From positions 6,755-70,754 of the forward strand of contig CAYWFO010000001.1 of NCBI GenBank assembly GCA_964457485.1: 64,000 nt of DNA. The letters run 5' to 3'. Position numbers and translations under genes: made by a program. The stretch is from an uncultured Haloferacaceae archaeon (GTDB taxonomy: Archaea > Halobacteriota > Halobacteria > Halobacteriales > Haloferacaceae). The notes under the pieces are model-generated. The model did no database searches. It worked only from the letters and a program-made list of their open reading frames with translations, and was not told the origin of the DNA. Positions 19,068 to 28,526 of this stretch are shown here, in pieces (position 1 is the first letter of the stretch; each line of letters starts with the position of its first letter).

Positions 19068-19309
19068 GTGAACACCGCCGTGTTCCCCCGTGTTTCGACG
19101 ACCGCCGCGTTGACCCGTTCGGCCAGTTCGTCGGCCAGCTCGGCGACATCGTCGGTGCCGCGAGCCGACCGAAGAAACTTGACTTTGATCAGGTTTCTGT
19201 CGTCCAACTGATCGGCGAGTTCGTCGGTCACCGCCTCGATACCGCCTTTGCCGACCCAGACCGTCACCGAAAGGTCGTGCGCCTCCTTGCGAAGTTCTTG
19301 TCTATCCAT
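19064..19309 (-). CDS. YhbY-family (CRM domain) RNA-binding protein
   Basis: [46 protein letters not shown] fits the CRM/YhbY pattern. Its stop overlaps the MscS start (ATGA at 19064-19067). Confidence 0.8.
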   Translation of the reverse strand: MDRQELRKEAHDLSVTVWVGKGGIEAVTDELADQLDDRNLIKVKFLRSARGTDDVAELADELAERVNAAVVETRGNTAVFT

Positions 19310-19419
19310 GCATGAGCGGTGGGTGTGTGGCTGTTTCAAGCTTTAGATACCGACCGTGCAACGGCGTGAGCTCGTGGAAACTCCGACATTCTGATAGCCC
19401 TCCGGTGGGAGCGTGCTGC

Positions 19420-20754
19420 ATGGACGTTCACGTCTCGGCCTCGACGGTCGGGGGATCAACGCGCGCGCCGCCCTCGAAAAGTTACACCCACCGGGCGATT
19501 CTCGCGGCGGGCTACAGCGACCGCGCAACCGTCTACGACCCGCTCGACAGCGCTGACCCACGGGCAACTCAGCGCGCGGTCGAAGGGTTCGGCGGCTCAG
19601 TCACCAACGCCGGCGACAACGCGCTCGAGATTGACGGCTTTGGCGGCGTTCCCGACGTTCCAGACGATATTATCGACTGTGCCAACAGCGGGACGACGAT
19701 GCGGCTTGTGACTGCAACTGCGGCGCTCGCTGACGGACTCACTGTGCTGACCGGCGATGACTCGCTTCGCTCGCGGCCACAGGGGCCGCTGCTCGAGGCA
19801 CTCACCGCCCTCGGTGTTCGCGCCGAAAGCAGTCGCAACAACGGCCAGGCCCCACTCGTGATCGAAGGGCCGCTGTCGGGCGGGTCGGTGGCGATTCCGG
19901 GCGATGTCTCCTCGCAGTACATTTCGGCGCTGCTCATGGCGGGCGCGGTCACCGAGGAGGGAATCGAACTCGAGCTGACGACCGAACTCAAATCGGCCCC
20001 CTACGTCGACATCACGCTGGAAGTGCTCGACGACTTCGGCGTCGAGGCAGCGCCGATCGGCGCGACCGGCGCGGGCGGCGTTCGGTCGGCCGGAGCCGAT
20101 GGGTTCGTCGTCGACGGCGGTCAGCAGTACGAGCCACGCGACGGCGAGTACCACGTTCCCGGCGATTTCTCGTCGATGTCGTACCTGCTCGCTGCGGGTG
20201 CCGTTGCGGGCGATGCGGACACGTCGGTCGTCGTCGAAGGGGCCCAACCGAGCGCGCAGGGCGACAGCGCGATCGTCGACATTCTTGAGGCGATGGACGC
20301 GCCCATCGCGTGGAACAAGGCGGCCGGCGAGATCAGCGTCCGACGATCCGAACTCACCGGAACCACCGTCGATGTCGGCAACACACCCGATCTGTTGCCG
20401 ACGATTGCGACGCTCGGGGCGGTCGCCGACGGCGACACGGTCATCGAAAACTGCGAACACGTTCGGTACAAAGAAACCGATCGCGTGAGCGCGATGGCGA
20501 CCGAGTTGGCGAAACTGGGCGTCTCGGTGACCGAAAAACACGACGAACTCACGATCCACGGCAGCGAGTCGTCGCTCTCGGGAGCCACGGTTGACGGCTA
20601 TCACGACCACCGCATCATCATGTCGCTCGTCGTTGCCGGCCTCGTTGCCGACGGCACAACGACCGTGCGCGGAGCCGAGCACGTCGACGTATCGTTCCCG
20701 GATTTCTTCGAACGCATGGCCGACCTCGGTGCCGCTATCGAGCATGTAGCGTAG
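19420..20754 (+). CDS. aroA: 3-phosphoshikimate 1-carboxyvinyltransferase (EPSP synthase)
   Basis: [14 protein letters not shown]...NSGTTMRL...[13 protein letters not shown]...DHRIIMSL are canonical EPSPS motifs. Start at MDVHVS (19420). Confidence 0.95.
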   Translation: MDVHVSASTVGGSTRAPPSKSYTHRAILAAGYSDRATVYDPLDSADPRATQRAVEGFGGSVTNAGDNALEIDGFGGVPDVPDDIIDCANSGTTMRLVTATAALADGLTVLTGDDSLRSRPQGPLLEALTALGVRAESSRNNGQAPLVIEGPLSGGSVAIPGDVSSQYISALLMAGAVTEEGIELELTTELKSAPYVDITLEVLDDFGVEAAPIGATGAGGVRSAGADGFVVDGGQQYEPRDGEYHVPGDFSSMSYLLAAGAVAGDADTSVVVEGAQPSAQGDSAIVDILEAMDAPIAWNKAAGEISVRRSELTGTTVDVGNTPDLLPTIATLGAVADGDTVIENCEHVRYKETDRVSAMATELAKLGVSVTEKHDELTIHGSESSLSGATVDGYHDHRIIMSLVVAGLVADGTTTVRGAEHVDVSFPDFFERMADLGAAIEHVA

Positions 20755-20838
20755 TTGATGGTTGCGTGAGCGCGTACGGAATGTTGGTTTGCATGAGCGC
20801 ACGCGAGACGGGAACGGTTCGCCCGCCCGAGAGTCGGC

Positions 20839-21525
20839 TTGGATTCCCGGTACTTTTTATCGGCTGTCAGATACTGTGTATGTGTGTCCCTCCACACGCT
20901 AGCCGTCGAACCAGTCGTACAGACGTCCTCGGCCGGACAACTCGAAGAACTCGCGCTTGGTGGCAGCCTGCTGCTCTTTTTTCTGCTGCTTATTTTGATC
21001 TCATATCTCATCAACGTGGTTCTGACGCTCGTCGTCGGCGCTCCGTTGGTCGCTGTTGCTGCCGAGTGGCTCCGAGGAGTCGAACGCCACGCCTCCAGTG
21101 AGCCGGTTCGATCGGGGGCTATCGGGTTCGGAGCGCTACTTGGCGGAATCGTCGGCTTCGTGGTGTTCGCTCTCGGGGTTCAGCTGTCGATAGCCGCGGG
21201 GCTTCCCGAGTTTCTTGGAACCGGAGTCGTCCTCGTTGGCGTTGTCGGCCTGCTCGGGTTGTTCGTACTAACAGCGGTGGGCGAGATTCTCGCCGGCTTG
21301 GTGCTGCTCACACGGTTCGGCAGCGACGACGAACCGAGCCTCTGGGTCGCACTCGTTGTCGCTGCGGTCGTCGTCAACGTCGCGTATCTCGTTCCGCTGG
21401 CCGGGTCACTGCTTGCGCTTGCCCTGTTGTCGGTGGCGACCGGCGCGGCCGTCGACCGCTGGTGGCAGCGCCGCGGCGACGACGCACCGCCGGCCAGTCC
21501 CGTGGCCGAGTCGGTTAACAACTGA
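20839..21525 (+). CDS. hypothetical membrane protein (start uncertain; no in-frame ATG)
   Basis: Long ORF with about 5 hydrophobic helices lying between aroA and aroC. It contains no methionine codon, so it must start at TTG or GTG. Family unknown. Confidence 0.5.
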   Translation: MDSRYFLSAVRYCVCVSLHTLAVEPVVQTSSAGQLEELALGGSLLLFFLLLILISYLINVVLTLVVGAPLVAVAAEWLRGVERHASSEPVRSGAIGFGALLGGIVGFVVFALGVQLSIAAGLPEFLGTGVVLVGVVGLLGLFVLTAVGEILAGLVLLTRFGSDDEPSLWVALVVAAVVVNVAYLVPLAGSLLALALLSVATGAAVDRWWQRRGDDAPPASPVAESVNN

Positions 21526-21664
21526 ACACGGCGTGCTGGCCGAGTTGCGGTTTCGGCCGCATTGCTGACAGTGACCGAGAGTCAGGTCGCGTTGGTAGCA
21601 GGGGTCGGGGTTTCGTTTGCGCGTAGTGCAAGCTTCAAATGCGCGCAGGTCTCACCGTATGGTA

Positions 21665-22819
21665 ATGAACGGTAATCAGTTCGGGCGACTCTTTCAGGTG
21701 ACGACCTACGGCGAAAGCCACGGGAAGGCAATGGGCGTGACCGTCAGTGGCTGCCCGGCAGGGCTCGAACTCGACGCCGAGGACATCCAGTATGAACTCG
21801 ACCGGCGGAAACCCGGCCAGTCCATGATCACGACCTCGCGTGGCGAACCCGACGCGGTCACGATCAACTCCGGCGTTCAGGACGGCTACACGACGGGAAT
21901 GCCCATCGGGATGGTCATCGAGAACAAGGACGCCCGCTCGGGCAAGTACGAACCATTCATCACCGCACCGCGACCGTCACATGGCGACTTCACCTACTCG
22001 GCGAAGTTCGGCACGCGCAACTGGGGCGGCGGCGGTCGGTCGTCGGCGCGCGAAACGGTCAACTGGGTCGCCGCCGGCGCGATTGCCAAACAGATCACCG
22101 AACACCACGGCATCGAAGTCAAAGCCCACGTCAACCAGATCGGCGACGTGCGCGCCGAAGATGTCACGTGGGACGACATGCTCGAACACACCGAGGAGAA
22201 CGAGGTTCGGTGTGCCGATCCCGAGGCGGCCGAGAAAATGCGTGAGTTGGCCGACCAGTACCAACGCGAGGGCGACTCGATCGGCGGCTCGATCTACTTC
22301 GAAGCCCGCGGTGTCCCGCGTGGACTCGGTGCCCCACGGTTCGACTCGTTTCCGGCCCGCCTCGGCCAGGCGATGTTTGCGATTCCCGCCTGCACGCATG
22401 TCGAGTACGGTCTCGGCAAGGAGGCTCGCGAGTGGAGCGGCAGCGACCGCAACGAAAACTGGGAGTTCGACGACGGCGGCGATCCGGTGCCGGTCGGCAA
22501 CAAACACGGTGGGCTGCAGGGCGGAATCACGACGGGCCAACCGATCTGGGGAGAGGCAACCTGGCATGCGCCGACTTCGATTCCGAAAACACAGGAGACG
22601 GTCGACTGGGAGACCGGTGAAACCAAGGAAATTCAGGTCGTCGGCCGCCATGACCCTGTGTTGCCGCCACGGGGCGTGCCGGTCGTCGAGGCGATGCTCA
22701 ATCTGACGATTCTCGACTTCATGTTGCTCGCGGGGCGGATCAATCCCGACCGGCTTGACGGTGCTGTCGGCGAGTATGACACCGACTACCACCCCCGCAG
22801 TCCGGCAAACATGGAGTAG
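21665..22819 (+). CDS. aroC: chorismate synthase
   Basis: MNGNQFGRLFQVTTYGESHG...GRSSARETV...GGISNG-like GGLQGGITTGQPI. Canonical AroC. Confidence 0.95.
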   Translation: MNGNQFGRLFQVTTYGESHGKAMGVTVSGCPAGLELDAEDIQYELDRRKPGQSMITTSRGEPDAVTINSGVQDGYTTGMPIGMVIENKDARSGKYEPFITAPRPSHGDFTYSAKFGTRNWGGGGRSSARETVNWVAAGAIAKQITEHHGIEVKAHVNQIGDVRAEDVTWDDMLEHTEENEVRCADPEAAEKMRELADQYQREGDSIGGSIYFEARGVPRGLGAPRFDSFPARLGQAMFAIPACTHVEYGLGKEAREWSGSDRNENWEFDDGGDPVPVGNKHGGLQGGITTGQPIWGEATWHAPTSIPKTQETVDWETGETKEIQVVGRHDPVLPPRGVPVVEAMLNLTILDFMLLAGRINPDRLDGAVGEYDTDYHPRSPANME

Positions 22820-22834
22820 TCGCGTTCGATCGGC

Positions 22835-23242
22835 CTAGCCCTGAACCGACTCCAGAAACCCGAGCCAGCGCTTGCAATCTTCGATATGGTTGGCCTGCGA
22901 TTCGTCACCGTACCGGGGACGACGAATCGTGTCGAGTGCGTTGAGCGCGCGGTCAATTCCGATGATCTCCGTGGCGAGCGATTCGGCCTCCTCCTCATCG
23001 AGTGGGGCCTCTTTGAGTCGCTCGTAGCGCTCCTCACGGGCATCCCGAAACACGCGCTTGGCCTCCGCGAGGGTTTCGGCGGCCTCGGGTGGAATCCGTT
23101 CGAGCGCCCGCGTCTCGATGAGAAACGCGTCAAGATCGATCTCCGTGCCCTCCACGATGACCGTTTCAGGAAGCTTCGCGCCGACCGTTGCCCCCTGTCT
23201 GCTGACACGTTTGAGGAGCGCCCGTCTGTCGGCTTCATCCAT
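22835..23242 (-). CDS. hypothetical acidic protein
   Basis: Track ORF 22835-23269, start taken at MDEADRRAL (23242). Helical, Glu/Arg-rich. No family recognised with confidence. Confidence 0.55.
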   Translation of the reverse strand: MDEADRRALLKRVSRQGATVGAKLPETVIVEGTEIDLDAFLIETRALERIPPEAAETLAEAKRVFRDAREERYERLKEAPLDEEEAESLATEIIGIDRALNALDTIRRPRYGDESQANHIEDCKRWLGFLESVQG

Positions 23243-23339
23243 CTGGCGTTGACACCTGTCATGAACCAAGAACGCAAGGGATTTGAGTGGTTCGATCGCA
23301 CCGATAGCAGCTCCAAGTGCGTTCAGTCCTGTTCGACAT

Positions 23340-23526
23340 TGTAATAGTCCTTTTTATTGAGACGCATAAAATTTAGTTGATAATGAATAAAACCGTGGTT
23401 TGATTGAACAATCATGAATAAATTATGTTTATCATTATCTTTCCTTGGTAATCCATAGCAAACCCTTTTATCCGGGGCTGGCAAACTGTAACTACGAGTG
23501 GCCCTGCGGGGCCGTGACCGAAAACT
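23340..23526 (+). promoter_or_regulatory. AT-rich upstream region of the oxidoreductase operon, with a TATA-like TTTTAT (23466-23471) and repeated ATGAATAAA motifs
   Basis: This is the most AT-rich stretch in the window. ATGAATAAA occurs at 23383-23391 and 23414-23422. There is an imperfect inverted repeat GATAATGAATAAA / TTTATCATTATC (23379-23391 and 23428-23439). The TATA-like box lies about 58 nt upstream of the ATG. Confidence 0.45.
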
Positions 23527-25425
23527 ATGATTACCAACGAACTCATCTGGCGAATCGCCGGCGGTTCCGGTGACGGAATCGCGTCGACGAGCCAGAACTT
23601 CGCGAAAGCCCTGATGCGTTCAGGCCTGGACGTATTCACGCACCGACACTATCCGTCCCGAATCCGCGGTGGCCATACCTACACCGAGATTCGCGCCTCG
23701 GCCGAGCCAGTCAAATCCCGCGGCGACGGCTACAACTTCCTGCTTGCGCTAGGTGACTCCTTTGCGCGCAATCCAAAGGAAGGATCCGTCTACGGGAACG
23801 AAGAAATCAAACCGCTGTCGGAGAACCTCGATGAGCTCCACGAGGGCGGCGTTATCATCTACGACTCGGGGCTGCTCGACGCCTCCGAGATAGACGACTT
23901 CGACGCGCGAGTGGAGGAGAACAACTGGCACGTCTACGACATCGACCTTCGGACGATGGCCCGCGAACAGGGCCGTGAGGTCATGCGCAACACCGCCGGC
24001 GTTGGCGCAACCTGTGCGCTCGCCGGCATCGACCTCCACTGGATCGAGGAGTTGATGACCGACGCAATGCCCGAGAAGATTCTCGAACCGAACCTCGAGA
24101 TCCTCCACAACGCCTACGAAAAAGTGCTCGACGAGTACGATGTCGACGCCCACGACGTCAAAGTTCCAACTGGGAGCCACGACGAAGAGCAGGTGCTGTT
24201 GTCGGGATCGGACGCAATCGCGTACGGTTCGCTCGACGAGGGCTGTCGGTTCATTGCGGGGTATCCGATGACACCGTGGACCGAAGTGTTCACGATTATG
24301 TGTCAGAACCTTCCGAAGGTCGGCGGAATCTCCGAGCAGGTCGAAGACGAAATCGCGGCTGCCGCCCTCGCAATCGGGGCGAGCCACGCCGGTGCCAAGG
24401 CGATGTCCGGCTCATCGGGTGGCGGCTTCGCGCTGATGAGCGAACCGCTCGGGCTTGCGGAGATGACCGAAACACCGGTCGTCCTGATTGAGGCCATGCG
24501 TGCGGGTCCGTGTACCGGGATGCCGACGAAGCCCGAACAGGGCGACCTCGAACACGTGCTGTACACCTCACAGGGCGACTCGCACCGGGTCGTGTTCGCA
24601 CCCGGTACCGTCGCCGAGGCGTACACACAAACCCGACGCGCGTTCGAAATCGCCTACGAGTACCAGATTCCATCGATTATTCTGTACGATCAGAAACTCG
24701 GTGGCGAACTGGTGAGCGTTCCCGCCTCGGTGTTTGACGAGGAACCGAACCCGTCGCTGGGTTCGACGTTGACTGAAGCCGAGTTGGCCGACGCCCCGCA
24801 CGACGAGACGGGCAAGTACAGCCGCTTCCAGCACGATGTCGAAGACGGCGTCAGCCCGCGGTCGATTCCGGGCCAGAAGGGTGGTCGCTTCCTCGCAACC
24901 GGAAACGAACACACGCCGGAGGGCCACATCGAGGAATCACCCGAAAACCGCGTGGCACAAATGAACCGCCGTCTCCAGAAAAAGGAGGCAATTCGCGCGG
25001 ATCTCGCGGCGCAGGCCGAAAGCCACCAGACCTACCACGGTCCCGACGAGGCGACCTACGGGCTAATGACCTACGGCAGCCAGCAGGGAACCGTCGAGGA
25101 GGCCGTCGACATGCTTACCGACGAGGGGTACTCGGTCAAATCGCTCGGCGTCTCCGACATGGCTCCGTATCCGGTCGACGAGGTCAGCGAGTTCATCGAG
25201 AGCGTCGACGAGGTGCTCGTCGTCGAAATGAACGCGACCGCACAGTTCCGCGGGTTGACCCAGAAGGAACTCGGCACGTACGGCGAGAAGCTGTCGAGCC
25301 TTCTCAAGTACAACGGCAACCCGTTCGAACCGCTCGACATCACCGAGGGATTCAAGACGAAAATCGTCGAGGACGGAGAACTCCCCGGCGGTGAAACCAA
25401 ATTCGTTCCAGCAGCAGGTGACTAA
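23527..25425 (+). CDS. porA: 2-oxoacid:ferredoxin oxidoreductase, alpha (gamma-alpha fused) subunit; probably pyruvate-specific
   Basis: The N-terminal gamma-like domain (IAGGSGDGIASTSQNFAKA) is fused to an alpha domain (GYPMTPWTE). The 632-aa/312-aa subunit sizes match the haloarchaeal PorAB pair rather than KorAB, as I recall. Substrate assignment is an inference. Confidence 0.88.
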   Translation: MITNELIWRIAGGSGDGIASTSQNFAKALMRSGLDVFTHRHYPSRIRGGHTYTEIRASAEPVKSRGDGYNFLLALGDSFARNPKEGSVYGNEEIKPLSENLDELHEGGVIIYDSGLLDASEIDDFDARVEENNWHVYDIDLRTMAREQGREVMRNTAGVGATCALAGIDLHWIEELMTDAMPEKILEPNLEILHNAYEKVLDEYDVDAHDVKVPTGSHDEEQVLLSGSDAIAYGSLDEGCRFIAGYPMTPWTEVFTIMCQNLPKVGGISEQVEDEIAAAALAIGASHAGAKAMSGSSGGGFALMSEPLGLAEMTETPVVLIEAMRAGPCTGMPTKPEQGDLEHVLYTSQGDSHRVVFAPGTVAEAYTQTRRAFEIAYEYQIPSIILYDQKLGGELVSVPASVFDEEPNPSLGSTLTEAELADAPHDETGKYSRFQHDVEDGVSPRSIPGQKGGRFLATGNEHTPEGHIEESPENRVAQMNRRLQKKEAIRADLAAQAESHQTYHGPDEATYGLMTYGSQQGTVEEAVDMLTDEGYSVKSLGVSDMAPYPVDEVSEFIESVDEVLVVEMNATAQFRGLTQKELGTYGEKLSSLLKYNGNPFEPLDITEGFKTKIVEDGELPGGETKFVPAAGD

Positions 25426-25427
25426 TC

Positions 25428-26366
25428 ATGAGTGCATTTTCCGCAATCGGCGAGGGACAGGAAATCGACCAAAACGAGTACACGCCCGGACTTGAGCCAC
25501 AGGCAACGTGGTGTCCAGGCTGTGGCGACTTCGGCGTGCTCAAAGCGCTGAAGGGCGCAGCCTCGGAACTCGGTCTGTCGCCAGAGGAGATTCTGTTGAC
25601 GACCGGCATCGGCTGTTCGGGCAAACTGAACAGCTACTTCGACAGCTACGGCTTCCACACGATTCACGGCCGGTCGCTCCCGGTCGCCCGTGCAGCCAAA
25701 CTCGCAAACCCGGGGCTCGAAGTCATCGCCGCCGGCGGTGACGGTGACGGCTACGGCATCGGTGGCAACCACTTCATGCACACCGCCCGCGAGAACCACG
25801 ACATGACCTACATCGTGTTCAACAACGAGATTTTCGGCCTCACAAAGGGCCAGACCTCGCCAACGAGCCCGAAAGGTCACAAGTCGAAAACGCAGCCCGC
25901 AGGGAACGCCAAAGAGCCGCTTCGGCCGCTCTCGCTGGCGCTCAACGCCGGGGCCTCCTACGTCGCCCGCACGGCCGCGGTGAATCCAAATCAAGCGAAA
26001 GAGATCATCGTCGAGGCGATGGAGCACGACGGCTTCGCGCACATCGATTTCCTCACGCAGTGTCCAACGTGGAACAAGGACGCCCGCCAGTACGTTCCGT
26101 ACATCGACGTCAACGACTCGGATGACTACGACTTCGACAAAACGGACAGGCGCTCGGCGGCCGACATGATGGCCGAAACCGAACAGGCGCTTCACGAGGG
26201 CAAGGTGCTTACCGGGCGGTACTACGTCGATAGCGACCGGCCCTCCTACGGCGACGAAAAGCGCGCCATCGGCGAGATGCCCGAAGAGCCGCTCGCAGAG
26301 CGCTACTTCGACGACTCCTACGAGTGGGAACGCTCGGCGGACCTGTTCCTCGACAAACACAAGTAA
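25428..26366 (+). CDS. porB: 2-oxoacid:ferredoxin oxidoreductase, beta (TPP-binding) subunit
   Basis: WCPGCGDFG...GIGCSGK...GGDGDGYGIGGNH...NNEIFGLTKGQ are TPP-binding beta subunit motifs. The gene starts 2 nt after the porA stop. Confidence 0.9.
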   Translation: MSAFSAIGEGQEIDQNEYTPGLEPQATWCPGCGDFGVLKALKGAASELGLSPEEILLTTGIGCSGKLNSYFDSYGFHTIHGRSLPVARAAKLANPGLEVIAAGGDGDGYGIGGNHFMHTARENHDMTYIVFNNEIFGLTKGQTSPTSPKGHKSKTQPAGNAKEPLRPLSLALNAGASYVARTAAVNPNQAKEIIVEAMEHDGFAHIDFLTQCPTWNKDARQYVPYIDVNDSDDYDFDKTDRRSAADMMAETEQALHEGKVLTGRYYVDSDRPSYGDEKRAIGEMPEEPLAERYFDDSYEWERSADLFLDKHK

Positions 26367-26417
26367 TCCATTCGCTTGGATTACACAACCAACGAAAAGG
26401 GTTTTCGGTTCGCAAGC

Positions 26418-26426
26418 TATTTTTTC
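26418..26426 (+). promoter_or_regulatory. T-rich element CTATTTTTT: candidate TATA box for a leaderless lrp and/or oligo-T terminator of the upstream operon
   Basis: Centred about 27 nt upstream of the ATG at 26448 and about 55 nt downstream of the porB stop. Based on position only. Confidence 0.3.
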
Positions 26427-26447
26427 GCTGAAGCAAAACAATAACTC

Positions 26448-26876
26448 ATGAGCACGATATCGACGGAAGACCGAATTCTCGCTGTGTTGGAGGATGACGC
26501 CCAGGCATCCTACGCTGAAATCGCAAGCCGGGCGGAGGTGTCGAAGCCGACAGTGCGGAAATATATTCGAAAACTCGAAGATGAAGGGGTTATCGTTGGG
26601 TACTCCGCCGATATCGATCCAAAAAAACTCTCCTCGCAAACCATCGCGCTTGTCGGGGTCGACGTCGCCAGCGAACTCTACGTCGAGGCAACGCGCGCGC
26701 TCAAATCGCTCGACGCCGTCGAGTCACTCTACACGTCTTCGGGCGATCATATGCTGATGGCCGAGGTTCGCTCGCAGGACGGCGACTCGCTTGGTGACGT
26801 GATTAGCGACGATATTCTCGAGATTGAAGGCGTGACGGCGGCACACCCCTCGTTTCTCCAAGAACGGTTAAAATAA
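26448..26876 (+). CDS. Lrp/AsnC-family transcriptional regulator
   Basis: N-terminal HTH (DRILAVLEDDAQASYAEIASRAEVSKPTVRKYIRKLEDEGVI) followed by a RAM/ACT-like C-terminal domain. Confidence 0.9.
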   Translation: MSTISTEDRILAVLEDDAQASYAEIASRAEVSKPTVRKYIRKLEDEGVIVGYSADIDPKKLSSQTIALVGVDVASELYVEATRALKSLDAVESLYTSSGDHMLMAEVRSQDGDSLGDVISDDILEIEGVTAAHPSFLQERLK

Positions 26877-26969
26877 CGTCCGCCGCAAGCGGTGTCGCGA
26901 AATCACGGATCGGCTACCCTCACCGAGCCGAGGGGCACGCTCATAGTTGTAGAGCCCAACGGAAACGAT

Positions 26970-28427
26970 ATGGACGGCCCGCCGCTCTCGCGAGTCCGTG
27001 ACGACGAGGATTCCATCATTCTCCACGTCGATATGGACTGTTTTTATGCCTCCTGTGAACGACTGCGCGAACCGCGTCTTGCCGGCGAACCCGTCGTTGT
27101 CGGTATGGGTTATGAACCCGGCGAGCGCCACGGCGCGGTCGCTACCGCGAGCTACGAGGCCCGCGCGGTCGGCGTCGAAAGCGCCCAGCCGATCGGCCAA
27201 GCGCTCGATGTGCTCCCACGTGCGGTGGACACCTCGGCCGACCACGAGGGGTCGGTTGGCCACTACCGAAGTGTCGACCTCGCGTTCTACAAATCGGTTG
27301 CGGCCGATGTCAAAGAACTCCTCCACGAATCGGCCGATGTGGTCAGGGAGGTGAGCATTGACGAGGCGTATCTCGATGTGACCGACCGGACGAGTTGGGC
27401 GCTTGCTGGCGACGAGAGAGCGAGTGCGACTGCCAATAGCAGTAATGAACCCGACGAGACCGACAACGAAACCAGCAACCAACGGACGCTCGCGGCCGGC
27501 TACGCCCGTTACATCAAACAGCGTATTGCTCGCGAGGTCGGTGTGCCCGCGAGCGTTGGTGTCGCCCCGAATATGTCGACAGCGAAAATCGCCAGCGACA
27601 TCGACAAACCCGATGGGCTGACTGTCGTGCGCCCGACAGATGTGACGGCGTTTCTCGACCCGCTTTCGGTCGAGATGATCCACGGCGTTGGCCCCGTGAC
27701 AGCAGGCGAACTCGCTGCGATGGACATCGAGACGGCGGGCGATCTGGCCGACGCCGACGTCTCGGTGATCGTCGATCGCTTCGGCGAACGCGGTCGCGAA
27801 CTTCACGCGCGCGCTCGCGGCGAAGACAGGCGGTCGGTAACGCCAACCGGCCGGCCGAAAAGCCTCTCGCGGGAGTCGGCGTTCACCGAGGCGACCGCTG
27901 ACACCGAAACACACCAAACTAAAATCCAAGCACTTGCCGCCGATGTGGCCGATCGTGCGCGCACCCGCGGCGCGATGTACCGCACGATCGGAATAAAGGT
28001 GGTCACGCCGCCGTTCGACATCAACACGCGCGCCTCTTCGCTGTCGGGTCCTGTCGACGATCCGGAGCTCGTCGAACGGGTTGCGCTCGACCTTCTGGCC
28101 GAGTTCGACGACACACAGGTTCGAAAGCTCGGGGTGCGCGTCTCGAACCTCTCGTTTGCCAATGGGAATCAGGCACAGTTGGGCGGATTCGACGGTGACA
28201 CCATCGACAGTGACGATGGTGACGCTGACACCGATATCAATGACAATGCTGACACTAACGACACCGGTGCTGACAGCACAACCGAACGAGCTGCGCAAAC
28301 CGACTGCGTCGCTCCCGACAGCCGACTCACCGACTGGATCGAGGCGTGTGGCGCGGCCGAAACCGCCCGCAAGCCGGGCGATGATGACGGACAGTCGTCG
28401 CTTACGGAGTTCGAAGAGATCGACTAA
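26970..28427 (+). CDS. dinB: Y-family DNA polymerase IV (DinB/Dpo4-like)
   Basis: ILHVDMDCFYASCE...SIDEAYLDVT...GVAPNMSTAKIASD are Y-family motifs. Long Asp/Asn/Thr-rich C-terminal tail ending in the PIP-like QSSLTEFEEID. Start at MDGPPL (26970). Confidence 0.9.
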   Translation: MDGPPLSRVRDDEDSIILHVDMDCFYASCERLREPRLAGEPVVVGMGYEPGERHGAVATASYEARAVGVESAQPIGQALDVLPRAVDTSADHEGSVGHYRSVDLAFYKSVAADVKELLHESADVVREVSIDEAYLDVTDRTSWALAGDERASATANSSNEPDETDNETSNQRTLAAGYARYIKQRIAREVGVPASVGVAPNMSTAKIASDIDKPDGLTVVRPTDVTAFLDPLSVEMIHGVGPVTAGELAAMDIETAGDLADADVSVIVDRFGERGRELHARARGEDRRSVTPTGRPKSLSRESAFTEATADTETHQTKIQALAADVADRARTRGAMYRTIGIKVVTPPFDINTRASSLSGPVDDPELVERVALDLLAEFDDTQVRKLGVRVSNLSFANGNQAQLGGFDGDTIDSDDGDADTDINDNADTNDTGADSTTERAAQTDCVAPDSRLTDWIEACGAAETARKPGDDDGQSSLTEFEEID

Positions 28428-28526
28428 CACACTCGGCGAGCAGAACACCAAGTCGGTCGAAGCAGCCAAACCCGGTGTGTCGTTGTCAGCGATCACGACG
28501 CCATTGTGCGGTTCGGTGGAGCATAA

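Noticed and set aside
23340-23460. AT-rich stretch as a replication origin
   Set aside because: There is no adjacent orc1/cdc6 gene and no ORB-like long inverted repeats flanking the AT-rich core. The position immediately upstream of a highly expressed operon fits a promoter/operator better.
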